Shown here piece after piece: positions 39,422-48,592 of a stretch of 56,662 bases of DNA; the first letter of the stretch is position 1; each line of letters opens with the position of its first letter. Position numbers and translations under genes: made by a program. The stretch comes from Nanobdellota archaeon (GTDB lineage Archaea; Nanobdellota; Nanobdellia; Woesearchaeales; CG1-02-33-12), in the NCBI GenBank assembly GCA_018819345.1, contig JAHJQG010000040.1, forward strand, positions 1 through 56,662, in the 5' to 3' direction. The notes under the pieces are model-generated. The model did no database searches. It was not told the origin of the DNA and saw only the letters and a list, made by a program, of their open reading frames with translations.

Positions 39422-39772
39422 ATGGCAACACAATTATGGGCAATAGCAACTGTCTTGTTCGGAACTGTCATAGGAAGTTTCGGAGCACTTTATTTTAAGA
39501 TAGGCTCTGAAACAATCTCATTAGATATTAAAAAACTCATAAAAAATTATAAACTGATTTTGGGATTTTTGTTTTATGGCATTTCATCTATATTTTTCAT
39601 AATAGCATTAACTGGTGGAGAGCTTTCTGTTCTTTACCCTTTATGTGCAGCGTCTTATATCTGGGTCTGCTTTTTATCAATGAAATTCCTGAATGAAAAA
39701 ATGAATAAATTAAAATGGCTTGGCATAATAACAATAATAATAGGCATAACATTTATTGGAATTGGAGGTTAA
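39422..39772 (+). CDS. EamA/SMR-like small membrane transporter (paired subunit)
   Basis: 4 TM helices, GELSVLYP. Confidence 0.85.
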   Translation: MATQLWAIATVLFGTVIGSFGALYFKIGSETISLDIKKLIKNYKLILGFLFYGISSIFFIIALTGGELSVLYPLCAASYIWVCFLSMKFLNEKMNKLKWLGIITIIIGITFIGIGG

Positions 39773-39773
39773 G

Positions 39774-40454
39774 ATGGCAAAAACAATTGTAATATCATTG
39801 GGCGGCTCAATAGTTGTTCCTGATAAGATAGATGTTGAATTTCTAAAAGATTTCAAAAAAATCATAATAGATTTTGTTGAAAAAGGAAACAAGGCAATTA
39901 TTGTCTGCGGCGGTGGAAAAACATGCAGGCGCTACCAGGACGCTGCTGCAAAAGTAAGTAATTTAAGGGATGAGGACTTAGACTGGATTGGAATACACAC
40001 AACAAGGCTCAATGCGCAGCTTGTAAAGAGTTTATTTTTAGGCATTGTTCATGAAGAAATAATTCATAATCCAAATGATAATGTTGATTTCAAGGAAAAT
40101 GTTTTGATTGCATCTGGATGGAAGCCGGGATGGAGCACTGACTATGATGCTATAAGGCTTGCGCACAATTTTAATGTGAAAAAAGTTATTAACTTAAGCG
40201 ATGTTCCTTATATTTATAACAAAGAGCCAAAAAACAATCATGATGCAAGGCCAATTAAAGATATTTCATGGAAAAATTTCAGGAAAATGGTTGGAGATAA
40301 ATGGGATCCTGGCCTTAATGTTCCTTTTGACCCTATAGCATCAAAAGAGGCAGAAAAACTAGGCCTAAAGGTCATAATACTAAAGGGAACTGATTTAGAT
40401 AATTTCAAGAATTTTTTAGATAAAAAAGAATTTAATGGGACTATTATCAGTTAA
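39774..40454 (+). CDS. pyrH: UMP kinase
   Basis: ISLGGS, GGGKTCR, PGWSTDYDA, PFDPIA. Confidence 0.93.
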   Translation: MAKTIVISLGGSIVVPDKIDVEFLKDFKKIIIDFVEKGNKAIIVCGGGKTCRRYQDAAAKVSNLRDEDLDWIGIHTTRLNAQLVKSLFLGIVHEEIIHNPNDNVDFKENVLIASGWKPGWSTDYDAIRLAHNFNVKKVINLSDVPYIYNKEPKNNHDARPIKDISWKNFRKMVGDKWDPGLNVPFDPIASKEAEKLGLKVIILKGTDLDNFKNFLDKKEFNGTIIS

Positions 40455-41363
40455 TTAGAATAATCTTGCTTTGTTTTTCTCAAGCTCAAGAAGCCTTTGC
40501 CACTGGTCATCTGTATGATACTGTACATCTTTTATTTCTTCTTCTGTCATATGCTTGAATCTGCCTTGTGTAACAAGATAGTCTTTCACAGGAACTTTAT
40601 TTACAGGCTTTTTTGATATTGTCAATATGCCTTTTTCAATCTCATAAATAGGGGTTATATTGGATTGGAAAGCAAGCTTTCCAATTTCTATTGTCATATC
40701 ATTAATGAATTTCCATCCTGTTGGGCATGGAACATAAACCTGTATGTAAGCTGGCCCATTAAATGCAAGGCCTTTCTTAACCTTATTGATAAAATCCAGG
40801 GGAAATGCTATATTAGCTGTTGCAACATAAGCGCCGTGAGCTGCCATTATAAATGGCATTGGCTTCTTAAACTCGGTTTTTCCATGAATCAATTTTCCTG
40901 CAGGGCTTGTTGTTGTTGAGGCATATTTTGGTGTTGCCCCTGAACGCTGTATACCTGTGTTCATGTAAGCTGCATTATCAAGGCAGACATAACAGAAGTT
41001 ATGGCCCCTCTCAGTTGCTCCTGATAATGCCTGAAGACCAATATCAAATGTCCCGCCATCTCCTCCAAAAACAAGCAAGTTAATATCCTTCTGTTTTCCC
41101 AGAACTTTCAATGCCCTGTCTATACCAGATGCAATTGCAGCTGCATTTTCAAAAGCACCATGTATCCATGGAACTCTCCAGGAAGTCTCTGGATATGGAG
41201 TGCTAAATACCTCTAAACAACTGGTTGCAGTAACAACTATTGTGTTTTTGCCAGCTGCCTTTAAAGCATGCCTTGCAGCAAGCGCATTTCCACAGCCAGC
41301 ACATGCCCTGTGGCCTGATGCAAAAAATTCCTCTGTTGAAATTCCTGCAATTGTTTTTTCCAT
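40455..41363 (-). CDS. porB: Pyruvate:ferredoxin oxidoreductase beta subunit
   Basis: GHRACAGCG, GGDGGTFDIG, YMNTGIQRS, PCPTGW. Confidence 0.95.
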   Translation of the reverse strand: MEKTIAGISTEEFFASGHRACAGCGNALAARHALKAAGKNTIVVTATSCLEVFSTPYPETSWRVPWIHGAFENAAAIASGIDRALKVLGKQKDINLLVFGGDGGTFDIGLQALSGATERGHNFCYVCLDNAAYMNTGIQRSGATPKYASTTTSPAGKLIHGKTEFKKPMPFIMAAHGAYVATANIAFPLDFINKVKKGLAFNGPAYIQVYVPCPTGWKFINDMTIEIGKLAFQSNITPIYEIEKGILTISKKPVNKVPVKDYLVTQGRFKHMTEEEIKDVQYHTDDQWQRLLELEKNKARLF

Positions 41364-41364
41364 T

Positions 41365-41685
41365 TTATGGGTTTTTAATTTTTTTATGTTTAATATCTTT
41401 TTTCAATTTTCCTTGTGTCTTTATTCCTTTTTTATGTTCAATCTTTTTTTCCAAACTTTCCTCTGCCTTTATTTTAAAGCCATTGCCATCCCAATGGTCA
41501 TGGCCTGAGCCGTGAAAATCAACCTTAATCCTGTTTTTTGTTTCACATCCAGGGCAAACAATTGTTTTATAATGAATCTCTGCTTCAAACTCTGAACTCC
41601 AATTTTCTCCTTTTAGTTTTTTTCCGCAATATCCACAAACATCCTTTGTTTGTAACTCTTTTATTAAATGGTGTGCTGCTGTCAT
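41365..41685 (-). CDS. Small CxxC...CxxC Zn-finger protein inside the por operon
   Basis: GGAGG RBS; CGYC, CPGC, HGSGHD. Confidence 0.75.
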   Translation of the reverse strand: MTAAHHLIKELQTKDVCGYCGKKLKGENWSSEFEAEIHYKTIVCPGCETKNRIKVDFHGSGHDHWDGNGFKIKAEESLEKKIEHKKGIKTQGKLKKDIKHKKIKNP

Positions 41686-41709
41686 TTCTATCCTCCTAAA
41701 AATAAAAAA

Positions 41710-42885
41710 CTAAAGCAACCATTCAGTGTCACTGCTGTTTTCTATTTTATTAAAAGCTGTTTTAATATGGCCAGGAGTTATGTCCCTGCCGCCAAGGCCA
41801 GCAATAAAGCCCTTTATTATTGGTTTTTTATTTTGATTGTAAAATACTGATCTTAATTCAGTGTACATGGCACCTTCATTTCCTAATGATATATTTCGGT
41901 CAATAACTGCAATTCCTTTAAGGTTTTCTGCAGCTTTTATTATTTCTTGTTTTGGGAATGGCCTGAATGATTTTATTTTTATCAAGCCAACCTTTTTTCC
42001 TTGTTTTCTTAGTTCGTCAACAACAACCCTTGTTGTGCTGCATGCAGTGCCCATTGCTGCAATAGCATAATCTGCATCGTTTATTTTGTAAGTTTCTATT
42101 AATCCATTTCCATAAGACCTGTTGAAAGATTTTTTAAAATTATTATTAACATCTTTGATTATATCAATTGAGTTTAGCATTGCCTCATGCGTTGCTTTTC
42201 TGAATTCCATGTAAGTGTTTGGAAATCCAATTGGGCCCATTGTAATTGGTTTTTCTGGATCAAGCTTGAATAAGGGATTGTATTTTGGGAGGAATTTATC
42301 AACATCTTTTTTCTCAGGAATATTAACAGGCTCATAGACATGGCTTAAAGTAAATCCATCTAAGCAGACCATGACTGGCAGTAAAATTTTTTTGTTTTCT
42401 GCTATTTTATATGCCTGGATTACTGTGTCAAGTGCTTCTTGTGCTGATTCAACATAAAGCTGTATCCATCCTGAGTCACGCTCTGATATTGAATCCTGTT
42501 GGTCGTTCCAGATGTTTATTGGAGCGCTTAAGGCTCGGTTTGCAACAGCTATTACAACAGGAAGCCTCATTCCTGAAACTACAAAAAGAATTTCATGCAT
42601 TAATGCCAGGCCCTGCGAAGCTGTTGCTGTAAATGTTCTTACACCCATTGCTTCTGCACCTAAGGCTGCTGAAATTGCACTATGCTCTGACTCTGCATGA
42701 ATCATCTCTGATTTAAGCAGGCCATCATTTATGTAGTCTGCAAGGCGCTCTACTATGTGCGTATCCACTGGTTAAGTATTTACTTAAACCAACTGTGGTG
42801 TTATGGGGTACATAGGAATTACCCCTGGCTCACATAGCTTTACACCAAGTGCTACAGCAGTGCTTGCTTCAATTACTTTTTTCAT
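41710..42885 (-). CDS. porA: Pyruvate:ferredoxin oxidoreductase alpha subunit, split by a 30-nt intron (exons 42885-42793 and 42762-41710; 381 aa spliced)
   Basis: ATG 42885 overlaps the porD stop (ATGA); exon 1 MKKVIEASTAVALGVKLCEPGVIPMYPITPQ joins THIVERLA; ESEHSA, TATASQGL, GLGGRD motifs. Confidence 0.92.
42763..42792 (-). other. Putative BHB-type mRNA intron in porA
   Basis: Minus strand: CCAC-AG^T-TGGT(T)TAAGTA-AA-TACTTAACCA-GTGG-AT^A; it contains two in-frame TAA codons. Confidence 0.85.
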
Positions 42886-43163
42886 TTCTCCTCTTTCACC
42901 ATTTTTATTGCCTTAACAGGGCATTCTTTTGAGCATATTCCGCAGCCCTTGCAATAATCATAATTAATTTCAAACTCGCCTTTCTTGTTTTTCCTTACTG
43001 CATTATCTGGGCAGAACTTCCAGCAGGTTCCGCATTTTATGCATTTTTTCTGGTCTATGACTGGCCTGAAAGACCTCCAGCCGCCTGTCTTGTTTTTTAT
43101 TGTCGAGCCTGGCTCCTCTATTACAGCTCCTACACTAATTTTTGGCTTTTCTTGTTTTTTCAT
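42882..43163 (-). CDS. porD: POR delta subunit (2x[4Fe-4S] ferredoxin)
   Basis: KTGGWRSFRP, CIKCGTCWKFCP, YCKGCGICSKECP. Confidence 0.95.
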   Translation of the reverse strand: MKKQEKPKISVGAVIEEPGSTIKNKTGGWRSFRPVIDQKKCIKCGTCWKFCPDNAVRKNKKGEFEINYDYCKGCGICSKECPVKAIKMVKEEK

Positions 43164-43708
43164 TTTGTCTGATTGTAAACAGATGTTATTGCCTCCTTGT
43201 TAAGCTCAGCTATTTTCTTTCCTTTTGTTTCTAAAAATGTTTCATCAATTGCCCTAACCAATGATTTTAATGAGATTTCTTTTGTTATCTTGGAGAATGC
43301 CCCAAGCATTGGGGTGTTTACAATAGGACTTCTAAAAATCTTTAATGCAATTGATGTTGCATCAACAGTATGAACATTGAAGTTTCCCTTTATGTTTAAA
43401 TCAGCAGGCTTTTTGTTTGTGTTAACTATTAAAGTGCCTTTTTCTTTTAAGCCAGATGTTACATCAACTGTTTCAAGCAAAGAGGCATCTAAAACAATGA
43501 CTATATCTGGGCTGTATATCTGGCTCCTTATGTTTATTTTTTCATCAGAAATCCTTGCAAATGCCTGAACAGGGGCTCCTGATCTTTCAACACCAAACAT
43601 GGGAAATGTCTGGCTCTGCTTGCCATCATAAAAAGCTGCTATTGCCATTATCTGGCCTGTTGTAACAGCTCCCTGGCCACCCCTTCCGTGAATCCTTATT
43701 TCTATCAT
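43160..43708 (-). CDS. porG: POR gamma subunit
   Basis: IRIHGRGGQGAVT, FGVERSGAPV. Confidence 0.95.
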   Translation of the reverse strand: MIEIRIHGRGGQGAVTTGQIMAIAAFYDGKQSQTFPMFGVERSGAPVQAFARISDEKINIRSQIYSPDIVIVLDASLLETVDVTSGLKEKGTLIVNTNKKPADLNIKGNFNVHTVDATSIALKIFRSPIVNTPMLGAFSKITKEISLKSLVRAIDETFLETKGKKIAELNKEAITSVYNQTK

Positions 43709-43816
43709 CCTCTTTCTGGAATTTGAAGTTATTGAAACTATTTATATCTTTTTGTTTTGCTTAAGAAACTTTAATTTCTTAAAAAGGTTTATAAAGCCAT
43801 AATCTAACCTTGCTTT

Positions 43817-43972
43817 ATGAAATGCGAAATATGCAAGAAAAAGATTGAGGAGACTTTTTTGAAAAAGATATTGGGCACTTATGTAAAGAATGGGAAAGGA
43901 AAAAAGCATGCTGTATGCTTTGAATGCCAGAAAAAGTTTCCAAGCAAAGAAGAGCTGCTAAAACAGCTTTAA
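43817..43972 (+). CDS. 51-aa Zn-finger microprotein (not in the ORF track)
   Basis: MKCEICKKKIEETFLKKILGTYVKNGKGKKHAVCFECQKKFPSKEELLKQL*; TATA (TTTATAAA) just upstream. Confidence 0.75.
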   Translation: MKCEICKKKIEETFLKKILGTYVKNGKGKKHAVCFECQKKFPSKEELLKQL

Positions 43973-43978
43973 TTCTCT

Positions 43979-44052
43979 GCCTCGGTAGCTTAGCTAGCCA
44001 GAGCAGCAGACTCGTAATCTGCAGGTCGGGGGTGCAAATCCCTCTCGAGGCT
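43979..44052 (+). tRNA. tRNA-Thr(CGU)
   Basis: GCCTCGG/TCGAGGC acceptor, anticodon arm GCAGA-CTCGTAA-TCTGC, variant T-loop TGCAAAT. Confidence 0.9.
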
Positions 44053-44109
44053 TTTTTAAAAAGCAAAATTTTAAATATTAATGTCCTATTTTGAAAAAAA
44101 GGTGAGAAT

Positions 44110-44538
44110 ATGCAACATGAGGAACAAAAAGAGGAAATAAAAAATCAACCAACAACAAAAGAAGAAGACAGAAAAAGGATATTAAAAATAATATTTGGAA
44201 CGGTTTTTGTTGTGATAATTGCTTCTTATTTATTATACTTGAGAATTGTAGCAAAATCAATAAAAGAATTAGTTTTAATAATAGTTGCTTCTATCATTGT
44301 AATTATTTATCTCACGCGTCAAAAGCGTTTTGAGTTATCTAAATGGGGAAAAGAATGGGTAAGAAGAGGTTTAAAAATAAGGTGGATTTTGTGGTTAGGA
44401 TTGTTTCTTGCATTTTTATCTTTTCTATTTTATAAAGTTTATCCAGAAAATGATTTATGGGTCTTTGCAGTAATACCAGCAATTCTTCTTTTAGCAACTT
44501 ATATGTATAGACCACCTTTCCTATTTAAATCAGAATAA
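44110..44538 (+). CDS. Hypothetical 4-TM membrane protein
   Basis: GGTGA RBS; hydrophobic segments. Confidence 0.7.
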   Translation: MQHEEQKEEIKNQPTTKEEDRKRILKIIFGTVFVVIIASYLLYLRIVAKSIKELVLIIVASIIVIIYLTRQKRFELSKWGKEWVRRGLKIRWILWLGLFLAFLSFLFYKVYPENDLWVFAVIPAILLLATYMYRPPFLFKSE

Positions 44539-44622
44539 AAATAAATTTTTAAAATTTAATTTTAAAATAAAAAAATTCTAATTAATCAAAAATCTTAATT
44601 CTTCTAAAATTTCCCTGTTTAA

Positions 44623-44703
44623 CTATTTTTTCTTCATAACAAAAAAATAGTAGAGAAGGGCTAATAAAATTATTACTAAAACAACCCATATCCATGTTTC
44701 CAT
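44623..44703 (-). CDS. 26-aa single-TM microprotein
   Basis: GGAGG RBS; METWIWVVLVIILLALLYYFFVMKKK*. Confidence 0.55.
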   Translation of the reverse strand: METWIWVVLVIILLALLYYFFVMKKK

Positions 44704-44897
44704 TTTAAAACCTCCTTTTATTTTTTATAAAACCTCTTTCAACTATATACATAATCACTCATATTTAAAACTTTCTTTAATTGGACTGGAAAAAGCCAAA
44801 ATCCTAAAATTATTGCTTAAAAACCGAAAGGTTTATGAGTAAGCAGTTTTTATTCATTTAAAAAGGCCTTTAAAAAGGCTTATATGGGGGTTTAAAA

Positions 44898-45440
44898 ATG
44901 GCTAAAGCAATAAGAATTGTCAACATGGTTGTTTCTACGGACTTTAAGCATCCATTGAATCTAGAAAAAATAGCATCTACTCTGCCAAATACAGAGTATA
45001 ATCCAGAGCAATTTCCAGGACTTGTTATAAGATTAAAAACGCCAAAATCATCAGCACTTCTCTTTACAACTGGGCGTGTTGTTTGCACTGGTGCAAAGAC
45101 GATGAAAGAAGTAAAAGAGTCTATCCATAAGATAATGAAACTTTTAGAGAGAGTAAAAGTCAAGATAACTATTGAGCCTGAAATACATGTGCAGAACATG
45201 GTTGCTTCTGGTGCTTTAGGTTTTGCACTTAACCTTAATGATCTGGTTATGAAGCTAAGAAATGTTGAGTATGAGCCAGAGCAATTTCCAGGATTGGTTT
45301 ATAAAATTAAAGAGCCAAAGGCAAGCTTTTTGTTGTTCTCTAACGGCAAGATAGTCTGCACAGGCGTTAAAAGCAAGAAAGAGGCAGACGAGGCTGTTGC
45401 AAAACTGGAGGCAACATTAGAAAAGGCAAAAAAGAAATGA
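44898..45440 (+). CDS. tbp: TATA-box binding protein
   Basis: Two repeats of NMVxS...EYxPEQFPGL...LLFxxGxxVCTG. Confidence 0.97.
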   Translation: MAKAIRIVNMVVSTDFKHPLNLEKIASTLPNTEYNPEQFPGLVIRLKTPKSSALLFTTGRVVCTGAKTMKEVKESIHKIMKLLERVKVKITIEPEIHVQNMVASGALGFALNLNDLVMKLRNVEYEPEQFPGLVYKIKEPKASFLLFSNGKIVCTGVKSKKEADEAVAKLEATLEKAKKK

Positions 45441-45664
45441 AAACGCAGCAAATTAATGAAAAAGACCTTGAAAAAATGAATAGTGTATTTATTTCTCTGA
45501 AAACAAGGAAGAATGAGATATCTGCGAAAGAGTTTGCTCAGGAACTTAAATGGAAGTTTGATAAAACTGTTGATGCTCTAAGGACTATTTTTGACAACCC
45601 AGAGAAATACAAAACATTATTTTATGTTCTTTTAAACTCAAACAATAAGATTTTTTTAAGATAA
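45437..45664 (+). CDS. Small hypothetical protein (HTH-like), coupled to tbp
   Basis: ATGA overlap with tbp. Confidence 0.6.
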   Translation: MKTQQINEKDLEKMNSVFISLKTRKNEISAKEFAQELKWKFDKTVDALRTIFDNPEKYKTLFYVLLNSNNKIFLR

Positions 45665-45665
45665 A

Positions 45666-46436
45666 TTAATTTTTAAATAATTTTTTTAATATATCAAGAG
45701 TGTAGAGTATTATTGCATAAGCCTGCTGCTTTGTTGGAAAAAAAGCCTCTTTTTTCTTGTGGACAGATGAGATTCTCACCTTGTTTATCAGGTGAATCTG
45801 GTCTTTTATGCCGGGGTCGAATTCAACCTTGTTATTGAGCTTTGCTATTAAGTTTCCTAGGCCAATTCCTGGATTTGTTTCTAATATATCTTTTCCTATT
45901 GCCTCAAAGTATTTTCTATGCAAAGCAGTTTCTAATATCCTGCCGCAGAGTATTGTTGAAGACCTATAACATTTTGCATTAAAACAGCGCTTTAGTTCCC
46001 TGATATCAGCCATTACATCTGGCTCTATTCCTGATGGAAGTGTTGGAATATCAAAGTTTAGTTCATCTTCTTTTACTGTTTTTGATTTAAGCAATGCTGT
46101 GATTTCAGCTATATCTTCAAGACATGAAACCATATCCTCAAAATTAGACATTTGATATTTCCTCTCGGTTTTTATAACAAGCTCAAGTATTTTTATTATG
46201 TTTTGCTCGTTTGCTTTGTCTATATTATAAACTCCTGAAAGGGCCCATGCAGATGATTTAAGCTCTTTCATTGAATTAGAAAGTGATGCTCTCATATAAT
46301 CTTCCTTGTTCTGCCTGAAATCAAATAGTCTCTTAGCTTTCTGTTTTTTCATGCTTAGCTTCTTAGAAATAATATTATTCAGGTTGTTTCTCAGGTTATT
46401 AACGCTTTTTTTAAAATCTAATAAAGGATCAGACAT
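45666..46436 (-). CDS. DUF4145 (HEPN-like) domain protein
   Basis: CYRSSTILCGRILETAL, LGNLI, NKVRISSVH (Rx4H). Confidence 0.7.
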   Translation of the reverse strand: MSDPLLDFKKSVNNLRNNLNNIISKKLSMKKQKAKRLFDFRQNKEDYMRASLSNSMKELKSSAWALSGVYNIDKANEQNIIKILELVIKTERKYQMSNFEDMVSCLEDIAEITALLKSKTVKEDELNFDIPTLPSGIEPDVMADIRELKRCFNAKCYRSSTILCGRILETALHRKYFEAIGKDILETNPGIGLGNLIAKLNNKVEFDPGIKDQIHLINKVRISSVHKKKEAFFPTKQQAYAIILYTLDILKKLFKN

Positions 46437-46544
46437 TTAATAAGGATAGTAAGAGCAACTTAATAAAATTTTTGTATGTTTTTCAGAAATGTTTAAATAA
46501 GAATAGGCCAATACCTTAGTTATCCATAAAAAGGAGGTTGCCTT

Positions 46545-46772
46545 ATGAAAATCATAATAGACACAAAAGAGGATTCTAATGAGGATATTAAAAAGCTGAT
46601 AAAGATGCTTTCAAGCCTTATTGGAGAGGAATACAAATCAGGGGATGAAAATAAGGAAATACCAGAAGTCTCTGAAGGAACATTTAACATGTTTGACAGC
46701 TCAGCAGAAGAAAAACAGGAAGAATATAAAGAAGAAAAGCCATTTGAATTAAATGATGTTGTAACTTACTGA
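46545..46772 (+). CDS. Small acidic hypothetical protein
   Basis: GGAGG RBS; first gene of the archease-rtcB operon. Confidence 0.7.
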   Translation: MKIIIDTKEDSNEDIKKLIKMLSSLIGEEYKSGDENKEIPEVSEGTFNMFDSSAEEKQEEYKEEKPFELNDVVTY

Positions 46773-46774
46773 AG

Positions 46775-47188
46775 ATGGAAAAATACAAATTTATAGATGA
46801 CCTTACATCAGATGTAATGTTTGAGGCCTATGGAAAAAACCTTAAAGAGCTTTTTAAGAACTCTGCACTTGCACTATTCAGTCTTATATGTGAGATAAAC
46901 AATGTTGGAGAGGAAAAAACAATTGATATTGAAGTTAGTGGGGATTCATTAGAAGAATTAATGGTTAACTGGCTGCAGGAATTGATAGCTTTGGTTGATA
47001 CAGAGGAAATGTTTTTCTCAAGGTTTGAAATAATAGAAATCAATGAAAATAATTTAAAGGCAAAAGCTTATGGAGAACCTATAAGCCCTGAAAAAGCAGG
47101 TGTTGTTGTCAAGGGAGTTACATATTACAAACTAAAGCTTGAAAAAATAAAAGATAATTATAAAGCAACCATAAGCTTGGATATTTAA
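46775..47188 (+). CDS. Archease
   Basis: YKFIDDLTSDVMFEAYG, VKGVTYY, terminal LDI. Confidence 0.92.
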   Translation: MEKYKFIDDLTSDVMFEAYGKNLKELFKNSALALFSLICEINNVGEEKTIDIEVSGDSLEELMVNWLQELIALVDTEEMFFSRFEIIEINENNLKAKAYGEPISPEKAGVVVKGVTYYKLKLEKIKDNYKATISLDI

Positions 47189-47197
47189 GGTGTTAAG

Positions 47198-48592
47198 ATG
47201 AAAGAAAAAATCCAGAAAATAAATGATTATGAATGGTTATTGCCAAAAAATGCAAGAGAAGGAATGAAGGTTGATGCAAAGATTATTGCAAACAGAGCAA
47301 TATTAGATGCAATTGAAGACAGCGCTGTTCAACAGCTTACAAATGTTGCATGCCTGCCAGGAATTGTTGAGCCAGTTATTGGATTGCCAGACATGCACTT
47401 TGGTTATGGTTTACCAATGGGTGCAGTAAGTGCATTTGACAGTGAAAAAGGAATAATCTCAGCAGGTTTGTGTGGCTTCGATATAAACTGTGGAATAAAC
47501 TCCATAAGAACAAATTTAACAGTTGAGGAAGTCAATGAAAAATTAAAAGAGCTTATTCCAGCATTATTCAATGCAATTCCATGCGGTGTTGGCTCCAAGG
47601 GAAAGCTAAGGTTAAATTATAATGAGCTTGATAATGTTATGACTCATGGAGTTAATTGGGCTGTTGAAAATGGCTATGGAACAAAAGAGGATATAAAAAA
47701 TACAGAGGAAAATGGCTGCATGCCTGGTGCAGATCCCTCAAAGGTTTCTGATCTGGCAAAAAAAAGGGGATTACCACAGCTTGGCACTTTAGGGGCAGGG
47801 AATCATTTTCTCGAGATACAGAAAGTGAGTGATATCTTTGATAAGGAATATGCAAAAAAACTAGGGATTGTTAATAAAGACCAGGTCATGATTATGCTTC
47901 ACTGCGGAAGCAGGGGTTTTGGACACCAGATTGCAACAGATTATCTTAAAATACAGGAGAGAGCTGTTAAAAAATACAATATCTGGCTTCCTGACAGGCA
48001 GCTTGCATGCGCTCCTGTAAATTCAGAGGAAGGCCAGGATTACTATAGTGCAATGAAGTGTGCTGTTAACTATTCTTTTACAAACAGGCTTGTTATGACA
48101 CAGTGGATAAGGGAAACCTTTGAAAAAGTGTTTAAAAAATCATGGGAAGATATGGACATGCAGACTGTTTATGCAATCTGCCATAATGTTGTAAAGCTTG
48201 ATAAAATAAAAGGCAGGGAATATTATGTTCATAGAAAAGGTGCAACAAGGGCCTTTCCTGACCTGCCTGTTATTGTTGCAGGAACAATGGGAACAGCTTC
48301 ATATATCTGTAAGGGAACAGAGCTTGCTTTGGAAAAAACCTTTGGAAGCTCGTGCCATGGCTCTGGGCGCGCTATGAGCAGGCATGCTGCATTAAGGAAA
48401 TTCAGAGGAGAAAAAGTAAATGAAGAGTTAAAGCAGAAGGGCATAATAGGAAAAGCAGGCAACTGGAAATCATTTGCAGAAGAAGCTCCTGGATGCTACA
48501 AGGATGTTGAGCAGGTTGTTGATTCTGTTCATAATGCAGGAATAAGCTTAAAGGTTGTTAGAATGAAACCCTTGGGAGTTCTTAAGGGTTAA
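47198..48592 (+). CDS. rtcB: RNA-splicing ligase RtcB
   Basis: PDMHFGYGLPMG, DINCG, GNHFLE, HCGSRG, HRKGAT, SCHGSGR, EEAPGCYK. Confidence 0.96.
   Translation: MKEKIQKINDYEWLLPKNAREGMKVDAKIIANRAILDAIEDSAVQQLTNVACLPGIVEPVIGLPDMHFGYGLPMGAVSAFDSEKGIISAGLCGFDINCGINSIRTNLTVEEVNEKLKELIPALFNAIPCGVGSKGKLRLNYNELDNVMTHGVNWAVENGYGTKEDIKNTEENGCMPGADPSKVSDLAKKRGLPQLGTLGAGNHFLEIQKVSDIFDKEYAKKLGIVNKDQVMIMLHCGSRGFGHQIATDYLKIQERAVKKYNIWLPDRQLACAPVNSEEGQDYYSAMKCAVNYSFTNRLVMTQWIRETFEKVFKKSWEDMDMQTVYAICHNVVKLDKIKGREYYVHRKGATRAFPDLPVIVAGTMGTASYICKGTELALEKTFGSSCHGSGRAMSRHAALRKFRGEKVNEELKQKGIIGKAGNWKSFAEEAPGCYKDVEQVVDSVHNAGISLKVVRMKPLGVLKG

Noticed and set aside
41710..42768. ORF-track porA starting at GTG 42768 (MDTHIVE...)
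   Set aside because: That GTG lies inside the 30-nt insert and would delete the conserved YPITP motif; the real start is the porD-coupled ATG at 42885.
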